Source: Eledone cirrhosa
Taxonomy: Eukaryota
Assembly: GCA_964016885.1 (NCBI GenBank)
Contig: OZ024741.1
Location: forward strand, 399,156,001-399,220,000
Reading direction: 5' to 3'
DNA length: 64,000 nucleotides
The notes beneath the pieces are model-generated. The model did no database searches. It saw only the letters and a list, made by a program, of their open reading frames with translations, and had not been told where the DNA came from. Both the position numbers and the translations under genes were made by a program. Positions 51,798 through 63,758 of this stretch are shown piece after piece. Numbering within the stretch: the first letter of the stretch is position 1; each line of letters opens with the position of its first letter.

Positions 51798-52468
51798 CAG
51801 GATTGGCATACCATACATACCAGGACTGGTATACCATACATACCAGGACTGGCATACCATATATATCAGGACTGGCATACCATACATACCAGGACTGGTA
51901 TACCATATATATCAGGACTGGCATACCATACATATGAGGGCTGTTATACCATACATACCAGGACTGGCATACCATATATATCAGGACTGGCATACCATAC
52001 ATACCAGGACTGGTATACCATATATATCAGGACTGGCATACCATACATATGAGGGCTGTTATACCATACATACCAGGACTGGCATACCATATATATCAGG
52101 ACTGGCATACCATACATACCAGGACTGGTATACCATATATATCAGGACTGGCATACCATACATATGAGGGCTGTTATACCATACATACCAGGACTGGCAT
52201 ACCATACATACCAGGACTGGTATACCATACATACCAGGACTGGTATACCATATATATCAGGACTGGCATACCATACATATGAGGGCTGTTATACCATACA
52301 TACCAGGACTGGTATACCATATATATCAGGACTGGTATACCATACATATCAGATCTGGTATACCATACATACCAGGACTGGTATACCATACATACCAGGA
52401 CTGGTATACCATACATACCAGGATTGGTACCATACATACCAGGACTGGTATACCATATTACCAGGATT
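51798..52468. repeat. 23-bp minisatellite organised as a 115-bp higher-order repeat
   Basis: Monomer CAGGACTGGYATACCATAYATAY; variant monomer ATGAGGGCTGTT recurs at 51934, 52049, 52164 and 52279 (period 115 = 5 x 23). Confidence 0.93.
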
Positions 52469-52857
52469 ACTGAATATATGAACAATCATAGAAACTGGGA
52501 GATTTATTTTTTGATAAATTAATGGTTTTCATAAGAGAAACCTTAAAGTTTATGTTGTTTACTGACCCGAGGAAGGAATTGGAGATAAGAATGATATTTT
52601 AAAGTTTTATCTCTATAATACAATTGCATAAATTTATGAGTAACTTTGAAGAAATTACTATTTACAGGGGAAAATGTAAGATTAAAGCCCATGAACTATG
52701 ATTGGAAAGCAACCTTTTTATAGCAACCTGACTAGTAGTAAAAGTAAATACATTGTGTGTGTGTTTGTGTAAGTACATTTTCAAGAGTTACTGACGGATA
52801 TATATATATGTAAATATATAAACACATATTTGGTATATTATTAGGGTTGATACTGCG

Positions 52858-52895
<38 letters not shown>

Positions 52896-53085
52896 CGAAG
52901 GAAATGTGGTAAGGAACCAGGTGGACCATAACGCACCAAAGTACTCAATACTTGAGGTAGTAGAGTGGGTAATAGGAACCAGTAAGACCCCGACAGCTGA
53001 GCTCAAGCCGTTTCGACGGCTAATTCTGGAATCCAGAATTAGCCGTCGAAACGGCTTGAGCTCAGCTGTCGGGGTCTTACTGGTT

Positions 53086-53134
<49 letters not shown>

Positions 53135-53140
<6 letters not shown>

Positions 53141-55415
53141 GTGAGATTTTTTTTACAAAATGAAAAATAACCGAGGTGTCCTACACGAGTGAAAGTATAA
53201 AGAAAAAAATATGAAATCGAAAATGCAACTGGAGTTTTATTTTTAAAAAAATATATATATTTATTTGGTTCCTTTACCGGTTTCGCAGTTCTTCTGCTTT
53301 TCAAAAGTAGAGTTGAGATGGAGGGTCTGTGGTTTTTCTCACATCTGGTTGGTCTTTGAATTTTACTTGTTTTATATGGAAAAAATTGGCTCGAAACGCC
53401 AGGTTTTTAGAGAAGTAATTTGATTGGTTGGTCAATAATTATAATAAATTTCGCGCCAGTTCGTGTTACAAAGTTCTTCAAACAAGGGGGTGGGGGCTCA
53501 GGTTGTTTTTTTCATATATGAGTGTTTGAATTTCTTTTTACGTCAAAAAAAGGGGCTCACGAAGGCTTTTTTTTAATAAACGTAATTTGATTGGTTATAA
53601 ATGAAATTATGGCTGTCACGTGAACAAGTTTTCATTAAATTTCGGGCCCGTATTTGGAAATCTATTCTGTAGCCTTTTTAGAGAATTTTATGACAAGCAA
53701 AAGATAATGGTCAAGAGAAATGGGATGGGAGAATTGTTCTGATTCAGTGAATATGGTTAGTTCGCTGGGGTGTCAGAATTCAGATTTTCTATTGAAATAA
53801 AGAAAGTAAAGATATGTATGTTTATTTGTGTGCTTGTGTGTGTGTATGTGTGTGTGTGTGTATTGGAAGATGATTCCATTAGTAGAAATGGGGGAGGGAG
53901 TTGTGTGTGTGGGGGGGTGGGGGTTGTTATGTGTGTGTATGGGTGTTATGTGTGTGGGAGTATGGTTAGCATGTTAAGATGAAGAGAATATATATATATT
54001 GTGTGTATGTGTGTGTGTAGGAAAATGATTCCTTTAGTAGGAATATTTTTGAATGAACATATTTTCCTTACTTATTCGTATTTGTTCTGTTGTATTGTCA
54101 GCGCAAAGGTATGTTAAGGTTTATTTAGTTCGGGTTTTTATTTTCTAAAGTAGCAGGTGTTATGTGTGTGTGTATGTGTCTGTTTGGATGGTTAGCATGT
54201 TATGGTGTTAACATAATGTATATTAAACCATATTTAATGCTGGTCTATATTTTTGAATAAACATATTTTCCTTATTTATTCGTATTTGTTCTGTTGTATT
54301 GTTAGCGCAAAGGTAAAATGGGAAGACTTGGAATTTGGGTGATTTATTACTTGCGCAAATGTCTAGATGTGCGCTTAGTGGTATCTGTCTCGTGGTTGGA
54401 TCTCGTAATTGTTGGCGATGAACTGTCATTCTGTTTCTGAGTGTGAGTTTAGTTTGTCCTATATAATCTTCATTGCATCCTTTACATTTAATGGCATAAA
54501 GTAGATTTTTTGATGAGCAAGTGAAGTGATTTTTTACAGCAAAATTTTGTCCTGATTTAAATGTATACGTGTTGCCTTCAATGATGTGAGTGCAGGTTCC
54601 ACAATTAGAGCGACCCCATTTTTTGACAGTTGGTTGTGGGTTTGTGGTAGGTAATTTGGCATTGGTGAGTAATGTTTTCAGTGATTTCGGTTGTCTTTTG
54701 CTTTTGATTATTTTGTGTGTTTCAAGGGCTTTTTTCATTCTTGGGTCTTGTTTTAGTAGTGGGATGTTCTTGTGAATAGTGTTGTAAGCCTCCGCATTTC
54801 TTGGGTTGTGCGTTGAGATATATGATAGAATATTGGACGTACCTTGAATTTGTTTCTATTTTCGTAATTCTTCAATGCCTATTGCTTTAGCCCTTTCTAT
54901 TCCAATATTTATTAGTAATGGGGGGGGGGGGTACTGTCTTTCGAGTAGAATTTCCTTTAATTCTTGAAGCCTTTTATATCGCGTTTCATAATTGGTGACA
55001 ATTGTGCAAATTCTTCTTGCTAAGTTAAGAGGAATGTTCGTCTTCGTGTGCTTTGGATGGTTGGAGGTGAATAGTAGGTATTGTTTGGAAAGTGTTGGTT
55101 TGTTGTGTATGTCAGTTTCAATATGTGTGTCTTTTTTAAGATGTCCAGAAAAGGGAGTTGATCTTGGCTGTATTCCATTGTGAATTGGATGTGGTTATTG
55201 ATGCCGTTTATTAAGTTTTTGAAATCCTTCAGTTGGTCGAGTGTCTGGGACCAAAGAATGAGACAATCATCCAAGTAGCGTTTCCAATTCTCTGATAAAT
55301 ATTTGTGGAAGTTCAATCCGTATTTTGATATGGACTGTTCATATATATGGACTTCTAAGTATGCCATGACTAAGTTGGCATAAGTTGGAGCGGCTTTTGT
55401 ACCCATTGCAGTCCC

Positions 55416-55418
<3 letters not shown>
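53135..55418 (-). mobile_element. 5'-truncated Penelope-like element (Neptune-like) between (TA)n tracts
   Basis: GTAMGTKAAPTYANL, WKRYLDD, FTME..LPFLD; GIY-YIG NLLYAIKC..C..YIGQT..L..R..H..PALN; frameshifted. Confidence 0.9.
53271..53308 (-). ncRNA. Type I hammerhead, U3-A8 core variant, in the Neptune-like 3' repeat
   Basis: Reverse complement: aCTT-TTGAAAA-GCAG aagaa CTGC-GAAAC cg GTA-AAGg. Confidence 0.7.
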
Positions 55419-55489
<71 letters not shown>

Positions 55490-55494
<5 letters not shown>

Positions 55495-56270
55495 ATACTT
55501 TAGGAGAGTCATGTTGCCAATAAGAAACACACGCACCAGTTGTTTCACTTCAATTTATTATAATAAATTTATAAATTTAGGAATTTATAAATTTCCGGTT
55601 GGTTGGTTCCACAACCAGATGATTGTTTATATATTGTCAAAGTTCTTTCGTCACACATTCTGTGACCTCTTCAGTGACTGGGGATTCTTTTCTTTGTTTT
55701 TGTGCCTCTCCTTTGTTCTATCCTACGCCATATTGTTTTTGTCTGTGTGTTGTATGCTTAGTTTGCGCATGTGTTACATCCGGGTGTCTGTGTGTGTTTA
55801 TATTCGTTTATTTATTTGTTTATTTACATGTTACTGGTTGGTTGTTTGTTCTATGTGCGTGTGTGTTTTCATTTTGTCCTTAATTGTAAGTTGTGATGTT
55901 GCTGTTCCACTCATGTTTTCTATTTAATTTTGGTTGGAGTTCGTTTATGTTTATTGCCTCTGTGATTTGTCTAAACATTGCGTCTTTTCTGTGTGTAGAT
56001 TCTATTTTTATTTCTATGTTCTCTAATTTACCCTTATGTTCTATTTTAGCATGTTGGTAGAGTACAGATGATTCCTTACTATCTTGAAGGTCTCGCCAGT
56101 GTTCGTTTATCCGTTCCCTACACTACGAGCTGTCTCACCTATGGACACTATATTTTTATCTCTACATTGTCCTTCAGTACATCTTATGCTATATACTACA
56201 TTTCTAGATTTACAGTTAATATGGGGCTTAATTTACAGATTATCCATTTAAATTAAGCCCCGATATTAAT
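55490..56270 (-). mobile_element. 3' fragment of a Naiad-type PLE related to 25288-29234
   Basis: Decayed NCKSRNVVYSIRCTE..GETARS..ER..EHW..SVLYQH endonuclease, A-rich UTR, hammerhead and related terminus. Confidence 0.8.
55636..55678 (-). ncRNA. Type I hammerhead ribozyme
   Basis: Reverse complement: GTCA-CTGAAGA-gGTCACA gaatg TGTGAC-GAAAG aa CTT-TGAC. Confidence 0.75.
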
Positions 56271-56288
56271 ATATATATATATATGTAT

Positions 56289-56362
<74 letters not shown>

Positions 56363-56576
56363 GAAGGTATAAACCCGACTGTGACGCGTGGCGGTTTTGG
56401 CTTGTACATATATATATATATATATATATATTTAGAGTTTATGTTGGTTGTATACCAACACCTCAGTATGCAGGCTGGAGCACTCGACGAAGTGCGCAGG
56501 TTGGTTTGGTTACTCCGGAGTAGTGTAAAATAAAGTTAAATAAAAGTCAAATGATTAAAATTTAGCTTCGTTTATT

Positions 56577-56631
56577 ACTGCTATATATATTTCAGTGACA
56601 GCCATCTTTGGCTGTGACCTCTTCAGGCAGT
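56577..56631 (-). ncRNA. Type I hammerhead ribozyme (left arm)
   Basis: Reverse complement of 58569-58623. Confidence 0.82.
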
Positions 56632-58568
56632 TTGAATTAGTATGGTATAGACAAGTACATATGTTGTTTAGGTGTATGATATTGTCAATACTCTGATATG
56701 CCCAGTTCCTTGCTGGGTTGTTAATTCACTGGGGAACTGGAGTCATATGAATTCAAACAAACGAATGTTCGTGTCACAGGTCCCCTTCTCCTCTCATTGG
56801 TCAGTTATTAGTGTTGTCATTGTTGGAGTTAGCTTAAAAATGGATAAAATGGTAGAAGGGACAAGGTGTTGAAGGAACAAAATATCAAAAAATGTGTCAA
56901 ACTTCCCAATGTTCAGTTCTGAGAGCATTCCTCAGTCAGAAGTCTATAGAATTCTTTCTGGGGTGAGGCTCCCTGTAGTGTTTATGCCTGCTATTGTTCA
57001 GTACATTTGACCTCCACCATTATTTTGGTACTGTTGTTGTTGTAGTGGTCAGCTTATACCTTGCTGCTGCTAACAATTTAGAAGTATTCAGTTTGTGTTT
57101 TCTCTTCATCCCACCCGCCACCATCGTAGTGGTGGTGGCGGGGGGGGGGGTTCTTTCATGTATATGAAGAAATATAAGGCAATAAATGAAGAAAACAGAA
57201 GATAAATAAATAATATAATAAAATAAAATAATTAATATAATTTGTGTAATTTGAAAATAAATAAATAAATAGAGAATAAAGAATAAAGAGTAAATGAGAG
57301 ATTGGTGAAAAAGTAATGATAATGTATATGGAGAAGTGAGAAATAATGTAGGATAAAGTGTGTGTGTGTGTGTGTGTGCTATAACCAATCTCAAGGTCAG
57401 AATATGTTGGATAGATTGGTATGATACAAGATGTTAAGATGAGATATTCAATGTGTTTGTGTTATAATCTATCTCAACTTAAAATAAATATAAGGTTATA
57501 CAGTGAAGAGGGCAGAAAACAAATAACAAATTAATAAAGAGAAATCAAGATTTAAGATTGGAACTTTAAAGTCAGAAATCTGGTAAATTAAAAGTGTTTT
57601 TATTTTTAATTTACCAGATTTCTGACTTTAAAGTTCCAATCTTAAATCTTGATTTCTCTTTATTAATTTGTTATTTGTTTTCTGCCCTCTTCACTGTATA
57701 ACCTTATATTTATTTTAAGTTGAGATAGATTATAACACAAACACATTGAATATCTCATCTTAACATCTTGTATCATACCAATCTATCCAACATATTCTGA
57801 CCTTGAGATTGGTTATAGCACACACACACACACACACTTTATCCTACATTATTTCTCACTTCTCCATATACATTATCATTACTTTTTCACCAATCTCTCA
57901 TTTACTCTTTATTCTTTATTCTCTATTTATTTATTTATTTTCAAATTACACAAATTATATTAATTATTTTATTTTATTATATTATTTATTTATCTTCTGT
58001 TTTCTTCATTTATTGCCTTATATTTCTTCATATACATGAAAGAACCCCCCCCCCCCCCCCGCCACCACCACTACGATGGTGGCGGGTGGGATGAAGAGAA
58101 AACACAAACTGAATACTTCTAAATTGTTAGCAGCAGCAAGGTATAAGCTGACCACTACAACAACAACAGTACCAAAATAATGGTGGAGGTCAAATGTACT
58201 GAACAATAGCAGGCATAAACACTACAGGGAGCCTCACCCCAGAAAGAATTCTATAGACTTCTGACTGAGGAATGCTCTCAGAACTGAACAATGGGAAGTT
58301 TGACACATTTTTTGATATTTTGTTCCTTCAACACCTTGTCCCTTCTACCATTTTATCCATTTTTAAGCTAACTCCAACAATGACAACACTAATAACTGAC
58401 CAATGAGAGGAGAAGGGGACCTGTGACACGAAAATTCGTTTGTTTGAATTCATATGACTCCAGTTCCCCAGTGAATTAACAACCCAGCAAGGAACTGGGC
58501 ATATCAGAGTATTGACAATATCATACACCTAAACAACATATGTACTTGTCTATACCATACTAATTCAA

Positions 58569-58623
58569 ACTGCCTGAAGAGGTCACAGCCAAAGATGGCT
58601 GTCACTGAAATATATATAGCAGT
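58569..58623 (+). ncRNA. Type I hammerhead ribozyme (right arm)
   Basis: ACTGC-CTGAAGA-GGTCACAGCCA aaga TGGCTGTCACT-GAAA tatat ATA-GCAGT. Confidence 0.82.
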
Positions 58624-58669
58624 AATAAACGAAGCTATATTTTAATCATTTGACTTTTATTTAACTTTA

Positions 58670-58869
58670 NNNNNNNNNNNNNNNNNNNNNNNNNNNNNNN
58701 NNNNNNNNNNNNNNNNNNNNNNNNNNNNNNNNNNNNNNNNNNNNNNNNNNNNNNNNNNNNNNNNNNNNNNNNNNNNNNNNNNNNNNNNNNNNNNNNNNNN
58801 NNNNNNNNNNNNNNNNNNNNNNNNNNNNNNNNNNNNNNNNNNNNNNNNNNNNNNNNNNNNNNNNNNNNN
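58670..58869. other. Assembly gap (~200 N)
   Basis: Run of N. Confidence 0.99.
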
Positions 58870-58988
58870 AGAGTGAGAGAGAGAGAGAGAGAGAGAGAGT
58901 CGGAAGGACAATGTGACACGGGAGGGTGTGTGGTATCTTTACAGTGGAGTGGTGGGGGCAGGTATACCTAGCCGGACGGGCCAGCTAG

Positions 58989-59022
<34 letters not shown>

Positions 59023-59304
59023 ATGTAAAATGTCGCCCGGGCATTATGGAACCAAACCCAGCTCAACTTACAACGTTGTGAATCTCGTTCAAGGTAAATG
59101 GCGGGCTCCAGACATTTGGCAGCCATGTCAGAATAGTTTGCTTCTTCATTCCTCATAATGCAAACATATTTTGTCAGATGAACAGTATTCCTCATATATT
59201 TCAATTCAATTATTATCATTTGGCTATGTATGTATATATATAAATATATACAAAATTATATATATATATATAATCTGATATATATATATATCAGATTATT
59301 TATG

Positions 59305-59360
<56 letters not shown>

Positions 59361-59404
59361 GTATATATATATATATATGAATATATATATATATATATAT
59401 ATAT

Positions 59405-59456
<52 letters not shown>

Positions 59457-60393
59457 AGATAATTAAACGATTTATTGTATACACACATGCTACACGTGAA
59501 CACACACAAATAAATGTATATATATATATACGTATGGCGTGCATGTGTAGTCCTGTTTATATATTAAAATATAAACCCCCTAGGTTACCTGTTCACGACA
59601 ACCACATAAAGACTAACACAACATTTCAGATAGTATTACGCTAGTTACTGATGAAAGTATAAAAAGATCTCAGAGAAATAATATGCCGTGAGGATGACAC
59701 ATCAGTAATACTTAGTAAATATAAGTTATACTATGTTAAATATCTTAACATTAACAGGAATACTTCTGTTTCATGTAGATGACGTCAGCGAGTGATTGAC
59801 CTCTGGGATATTTTTGTTTCTGATATTCTAATAATTGTTTTAATTACCTGCACAAGGCCAGTAGTTGAAGAGAACTACATGAACCCTAGGACTTTACTGG
59901 TACTATGAAAGACAAAGTCGCCCTCGGCGGGATTTGAACTCAGAACGTAAAGAACTGGAGCAATTATTACTCAGCACTCGTCCAACTTATAACCCTTCCA
60001 ATCCACCCTCTATTCTAATAAGCAGGCACGGTTCCGTAACTACTGGGGGAGTCATGGTGTACCATATTGACATACGGTATTTCTAGGACATTTTAGAACT
60101 TGGTGGAACCCACCCCTCTCCAGGTCTAAATACAGCAGATTTCTTCCAGAGAAGGAAAGAGATAGTGACGGAATGGAAGTGAGAAAGATATATAGAGGAA
60201 GAATCGACCCGAGTATTTTTATTGACCTTGAATAGATGAAAGGCAAATTTGACCCCCGTAGGATTTGAACTCAGAGAGTAGAAAGCCAGAACGAATACTA
60301 CAAAACAATCTATCCAACGTTCAAACTACTCTACTAATTTGCTGCCTTATATTTTAATAGAATGTGTTTAAACAAAATATATATCATCGCTTG

Positions 60394-60429
60394 TCTTAAT
60401 ATTTCGGACATTAGTCCTTCATCAGAAGG
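60394..60429 (-). ncRNA. Minimal type I hammerhead ribozyme
   Basis: Reverse complement: CTT-CTGATGA-aGGAC taat GTCC-GAAAT ATT-AAG; stem III covaries (AATATT versus AACGTT in sister copies). Confidence 0.72.
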
Positions 60430-60606
60430 TATAATGAGAAATAAAACATGAAATAGAAAGATAGAGAGTGAAAAGAGAAAGGAACGGAGAAAACATTTGT
60501 GTATTCAGTCAGCGAGATGTATGTATGTATGTATGTATGTATGTATGTATGTATGTATGTATGTATGTATGTATGTATGTATGTATGTATGTATGTATGT
60601 ATGTAT

Positions 60607-61525
60607 GCTTTATATCTGGAGATCTCTCTGCACTTGTCACATGATACCATGGGCCCAGCACTATGTGTCAATAATTGTCACAAGTGTTGTGTTTGTACCA
60701 GAGTTTTCAAGTCGCTGGCTGGACTAAAAGGTCACACTCGTTCAGCGCATCGGTAGGGGTTCTCCTACATGGATATCATCATCATCACTCGTCGACTACT
60801 GTCGAGATGATGGATCTCACTCTCATGCCCCAGAATCCCCTGTGCCCCATCGCTGCCCCCAGGTCCTGTCTGCTGATTCCCGTATCCCTAGAGATAACGT
60901 CAGGGAATGACAGCTTCCTACTCCTAGTCAGGCTGGAGTCAGGGTTCCAGAGCAAGAGAGCGGATATGATTTCATTACTAGCACGGTGACAGTGGCCAGC
61001 AAATTGAGCTCTCCGGGATTTTAGAAGGGCAGAGGCCCGAGGGAGTTTGCCATAGATTTTAGACAAGGTGGGATGTCGTTTCCAGGATAGGTTTTGCACT
61101 CTCATTAAGGGGCGGTTATATGTGCCATCCCATCTCCTCTCAAGTTGTGATGTTAGTGTCCAATTTTCGGATCCATAAAGTAATATAGGCTTAATGGTTG
61201 CTTGGAATATTTCCAGTTTTAGCTTGTTGGTAAGTTGAGATGTCCATATGGCGTGCATGTCATTGCACGCTGACCATGCCATAACCTTAGAAAATCTTTT
61301 TTGGAGGAGATATATGAGCCAAGATACTTGTAATCTTCCACCTGCTTAAGGGTGGTACCATTAAGGGTTCTGATGGGGTAGTTTGGGCTGTTTGCGCATC
61401 TGTTCACACACTCAGTCTTGGATTCGTTGAGGTACAGTCCAACACAGTTGGACGCTTGCTCTAATGACTTCAAAAGACATGGATATAAAGTAGTGGCCGT
61501 ACTCGAAAACGAGTTGGCAGCCACC

Positions 61526-61527
<2 letters not shown>
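60607..61527 (+). mobile_element. Truncated copy of the 38004-38615 RTE derivative in (TATG)n, split by a nested LINE
   Basis: 60607-60776 plus 61487-61527 joins into the reverse complement of 38004-38220. Confidence 0.85.
60777..61476 (-). mobile_element. Nested 5'-truncated RTE-superfamily LINE with a short (GAT)n tail and 10-bp TSD
   Basis: GLYLNESKTE, DYKYLGS, ILLYGSENWT, AQFAGHC; ACATGGATAT duplicated at 60767-60776 and 61477-61486. Confidence 0.88.
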
Positions 61528-61558
<31 letters not shown>

Positions 61559-62183
61559 TGTATGTATGTATGTATGTATGTATGTATGTATGTATGTATG
61601 TATGTATGCATGCATGTATATAAGTATGTATATATATATGTATGAATGTTTATCTATCTGTATGTATATATAATCCAAACGAGGTAGACCTCAGTAACTC
61701 AGCGTAATAGAAACAACAGCGTTCGTTTGGTTTATCTTATCTTAATCTTAGTATTATATATAAACAGAATATCTCCCCTAAAATAACAACCTATAGGTTT
61801 ATGTAAGTATCTATATGTTGTATAAGTTAACAAGGGGGCCTCTATATGTCAGTATAACCTTATAGAAATACTAATATTCCCCTTTATCTTAAGTAATGTG
61901 GAAAGTTTAACTGTAAAACAATCTATAATGGATTTGTCTCCCTTGGAAATCTATTTATCTAATTCTCCATATATATATATCTCTTTTTACAAAACGTTTT
62001 TTTTTCCATTTCAGGAAGACGCGCTCCATCATCCACTTTTCTAAAAAATAAATCATACACAAAACACCAGCACCAACAGTTTTGCAAGAGATGTCAACAT
62101 GAATGGAGCTGTTATTTTTATCTAAAGACATTTTTTCCAATTCCATCCCGCCCGTCCCCTCAATCTATCTTATTTGTCATTCT

Positions 62184-62222
62184 TTCTTCTGATGAAGGAC
62201 TAGCGTCCGAAACGTTAAAGCC
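62184..62222 (+). ncRNA. Minimal type I hammerhead ribozyme
   Basis: CTGATGA-aGGAC tagc GTCC-GAAAC GTT aaag. Confidence 0.8.
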
Positions 62223-62301
62223 CTCTTCCTGCTATATCAAGTGTTAACCCAATATATACCTTCCATATACTGTACCGATTGTGTTGTTATTTCTGTTTAC
62301 C

Positions 62302-62393
<92 letters not shown>

Positions 62394-62905
62394 GTAGAAC
62401 AGCTTTCAACGTATTTTTTTTTACTAAAGGAATTTTAGCCTAATAATGGGGTTTAGAACCCTCAGATAAATGAAAAAAGATGAGTATTGACGTCAATACT
62501 CATCTTTTTCCATTTATCTGAGGGTTCTAAACCCCATTATCAGGCTAAAATTCCTTTAGTAAAAGAAAATACGGTGAAAGCTATTCTATTTTCTAATTTC
62601 AAACCTGCTCACTGTTTCAAAACATACTTACTTATATATATATATATATATATATATATCTATTATAGATAACGAGGAATCAGTGATGCATCAAAACACG
62701 ATTTATTAACATATTACATATGTTTCTCCGACAGATCGAACCTGAATCTGCATTCGCAAGGTCCTCAGATATGTTTTGCGCTTTGAAAGCATTTCATCCG
62801 ATTAATACTATATTCATCCGATATAATAATATACTCTGCTCTGCGCGAGCATTGAGTGCTCAAACGGCATACCGCCTACGGACGCATTTATTGCAACCTT
62901 ACAGC

Positions 62906-62981
<76 letters not shown>

Positions 62982-63379
62982 CAGCTTACACATATGCAGG
63001 TTTAGATGACTTCCTCCAAGGTATATCTCGTTGGAGGCGTCTTGGGTGATTTAATGATAGGGACCCTAGTCCTATCATCTCATTTCTACAGCTGAGTAAA
63101 CTGGAGCAATGTGAAATAAATAAGTTGCCGGGAAGGAAAGAATGCTAGCTTTTGTCATATTTAATACCATTAGGTTACCTGATTGTTTAAATAACGAAAC
63201 GGTTTTCTTTAAATGTCTTGGTCCTGTAATTTGAGCCGATATTTTTGTTCTGTTCGTTCCTAGCTAAGATGCTTTAGATTTATTTACTAAACTGGACAGA
63301 TATATTCGAAACATTTATGAAGATGAAGAAAATTCTAACCACAATCCATGGTATCGGACTGTGATCTCTTAGCTGCCCG

Positions 63380-63667
63380 TCGCTGCAGATAGAGCCGCTA
63401 CTTCTCCGAATTGAGAGATCACAGATCTGATACCATGGATTGTGGTTAGAATGTCTCAGGAAAGAATCGCTGGACGGATGTTATGGGCCAAACCAACTGG
63501 CAGGAGAACGAGGGGTAGACCCCGAATATGATGGTTGGATAACATCCATGAGCTTGGCTGGGTCTCAGCTGAGGATCCAGCCAGATCAATTGGAGGAGAC
63601 AGTTGCTTCTGACTGGACTCGGTGGAAGGAGTATTTGAGGACTCAGCTCCCACGAGCCTCCCATGGA

Positions 63668-63698
<31 letters not shown>

Positions 63699-63758
63699 AA
63701 GAAGAAGAAGAAGAAGAAGAAGAAGAAGAAGAAGAAGAAGAAGAAGAAGAAGAAGAAG
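63380..63758 (+). mobile_element. 3' fragment of an RTE-like LINE with a long (GAA)n tail
   Basis: IEPLLLRIERSQ..VVRMSQERI..GRRTRGRPR..WLDNI; a pure (GAA)n run of ~30 units follows directly. Confidence 0.8.

Larger units (their letters stand above)
56531..58669. repeat. 2.1-kb palindrome: ~1065-bp arms (56531-57593, 57604-58669), 10-bp spacer; a PLE-type 3' region in fold-back
   Basis: Arms are reverse complements apart from a few substitutions and run-length differences; the right arm runs into the N gap. Confidence 0.93.

Noticed and set aside
59025-59225. Unique-looking island (exon or enhancer)
   Set aside because: No splice-bounded ORF or recognisable motif; needs comparative data.
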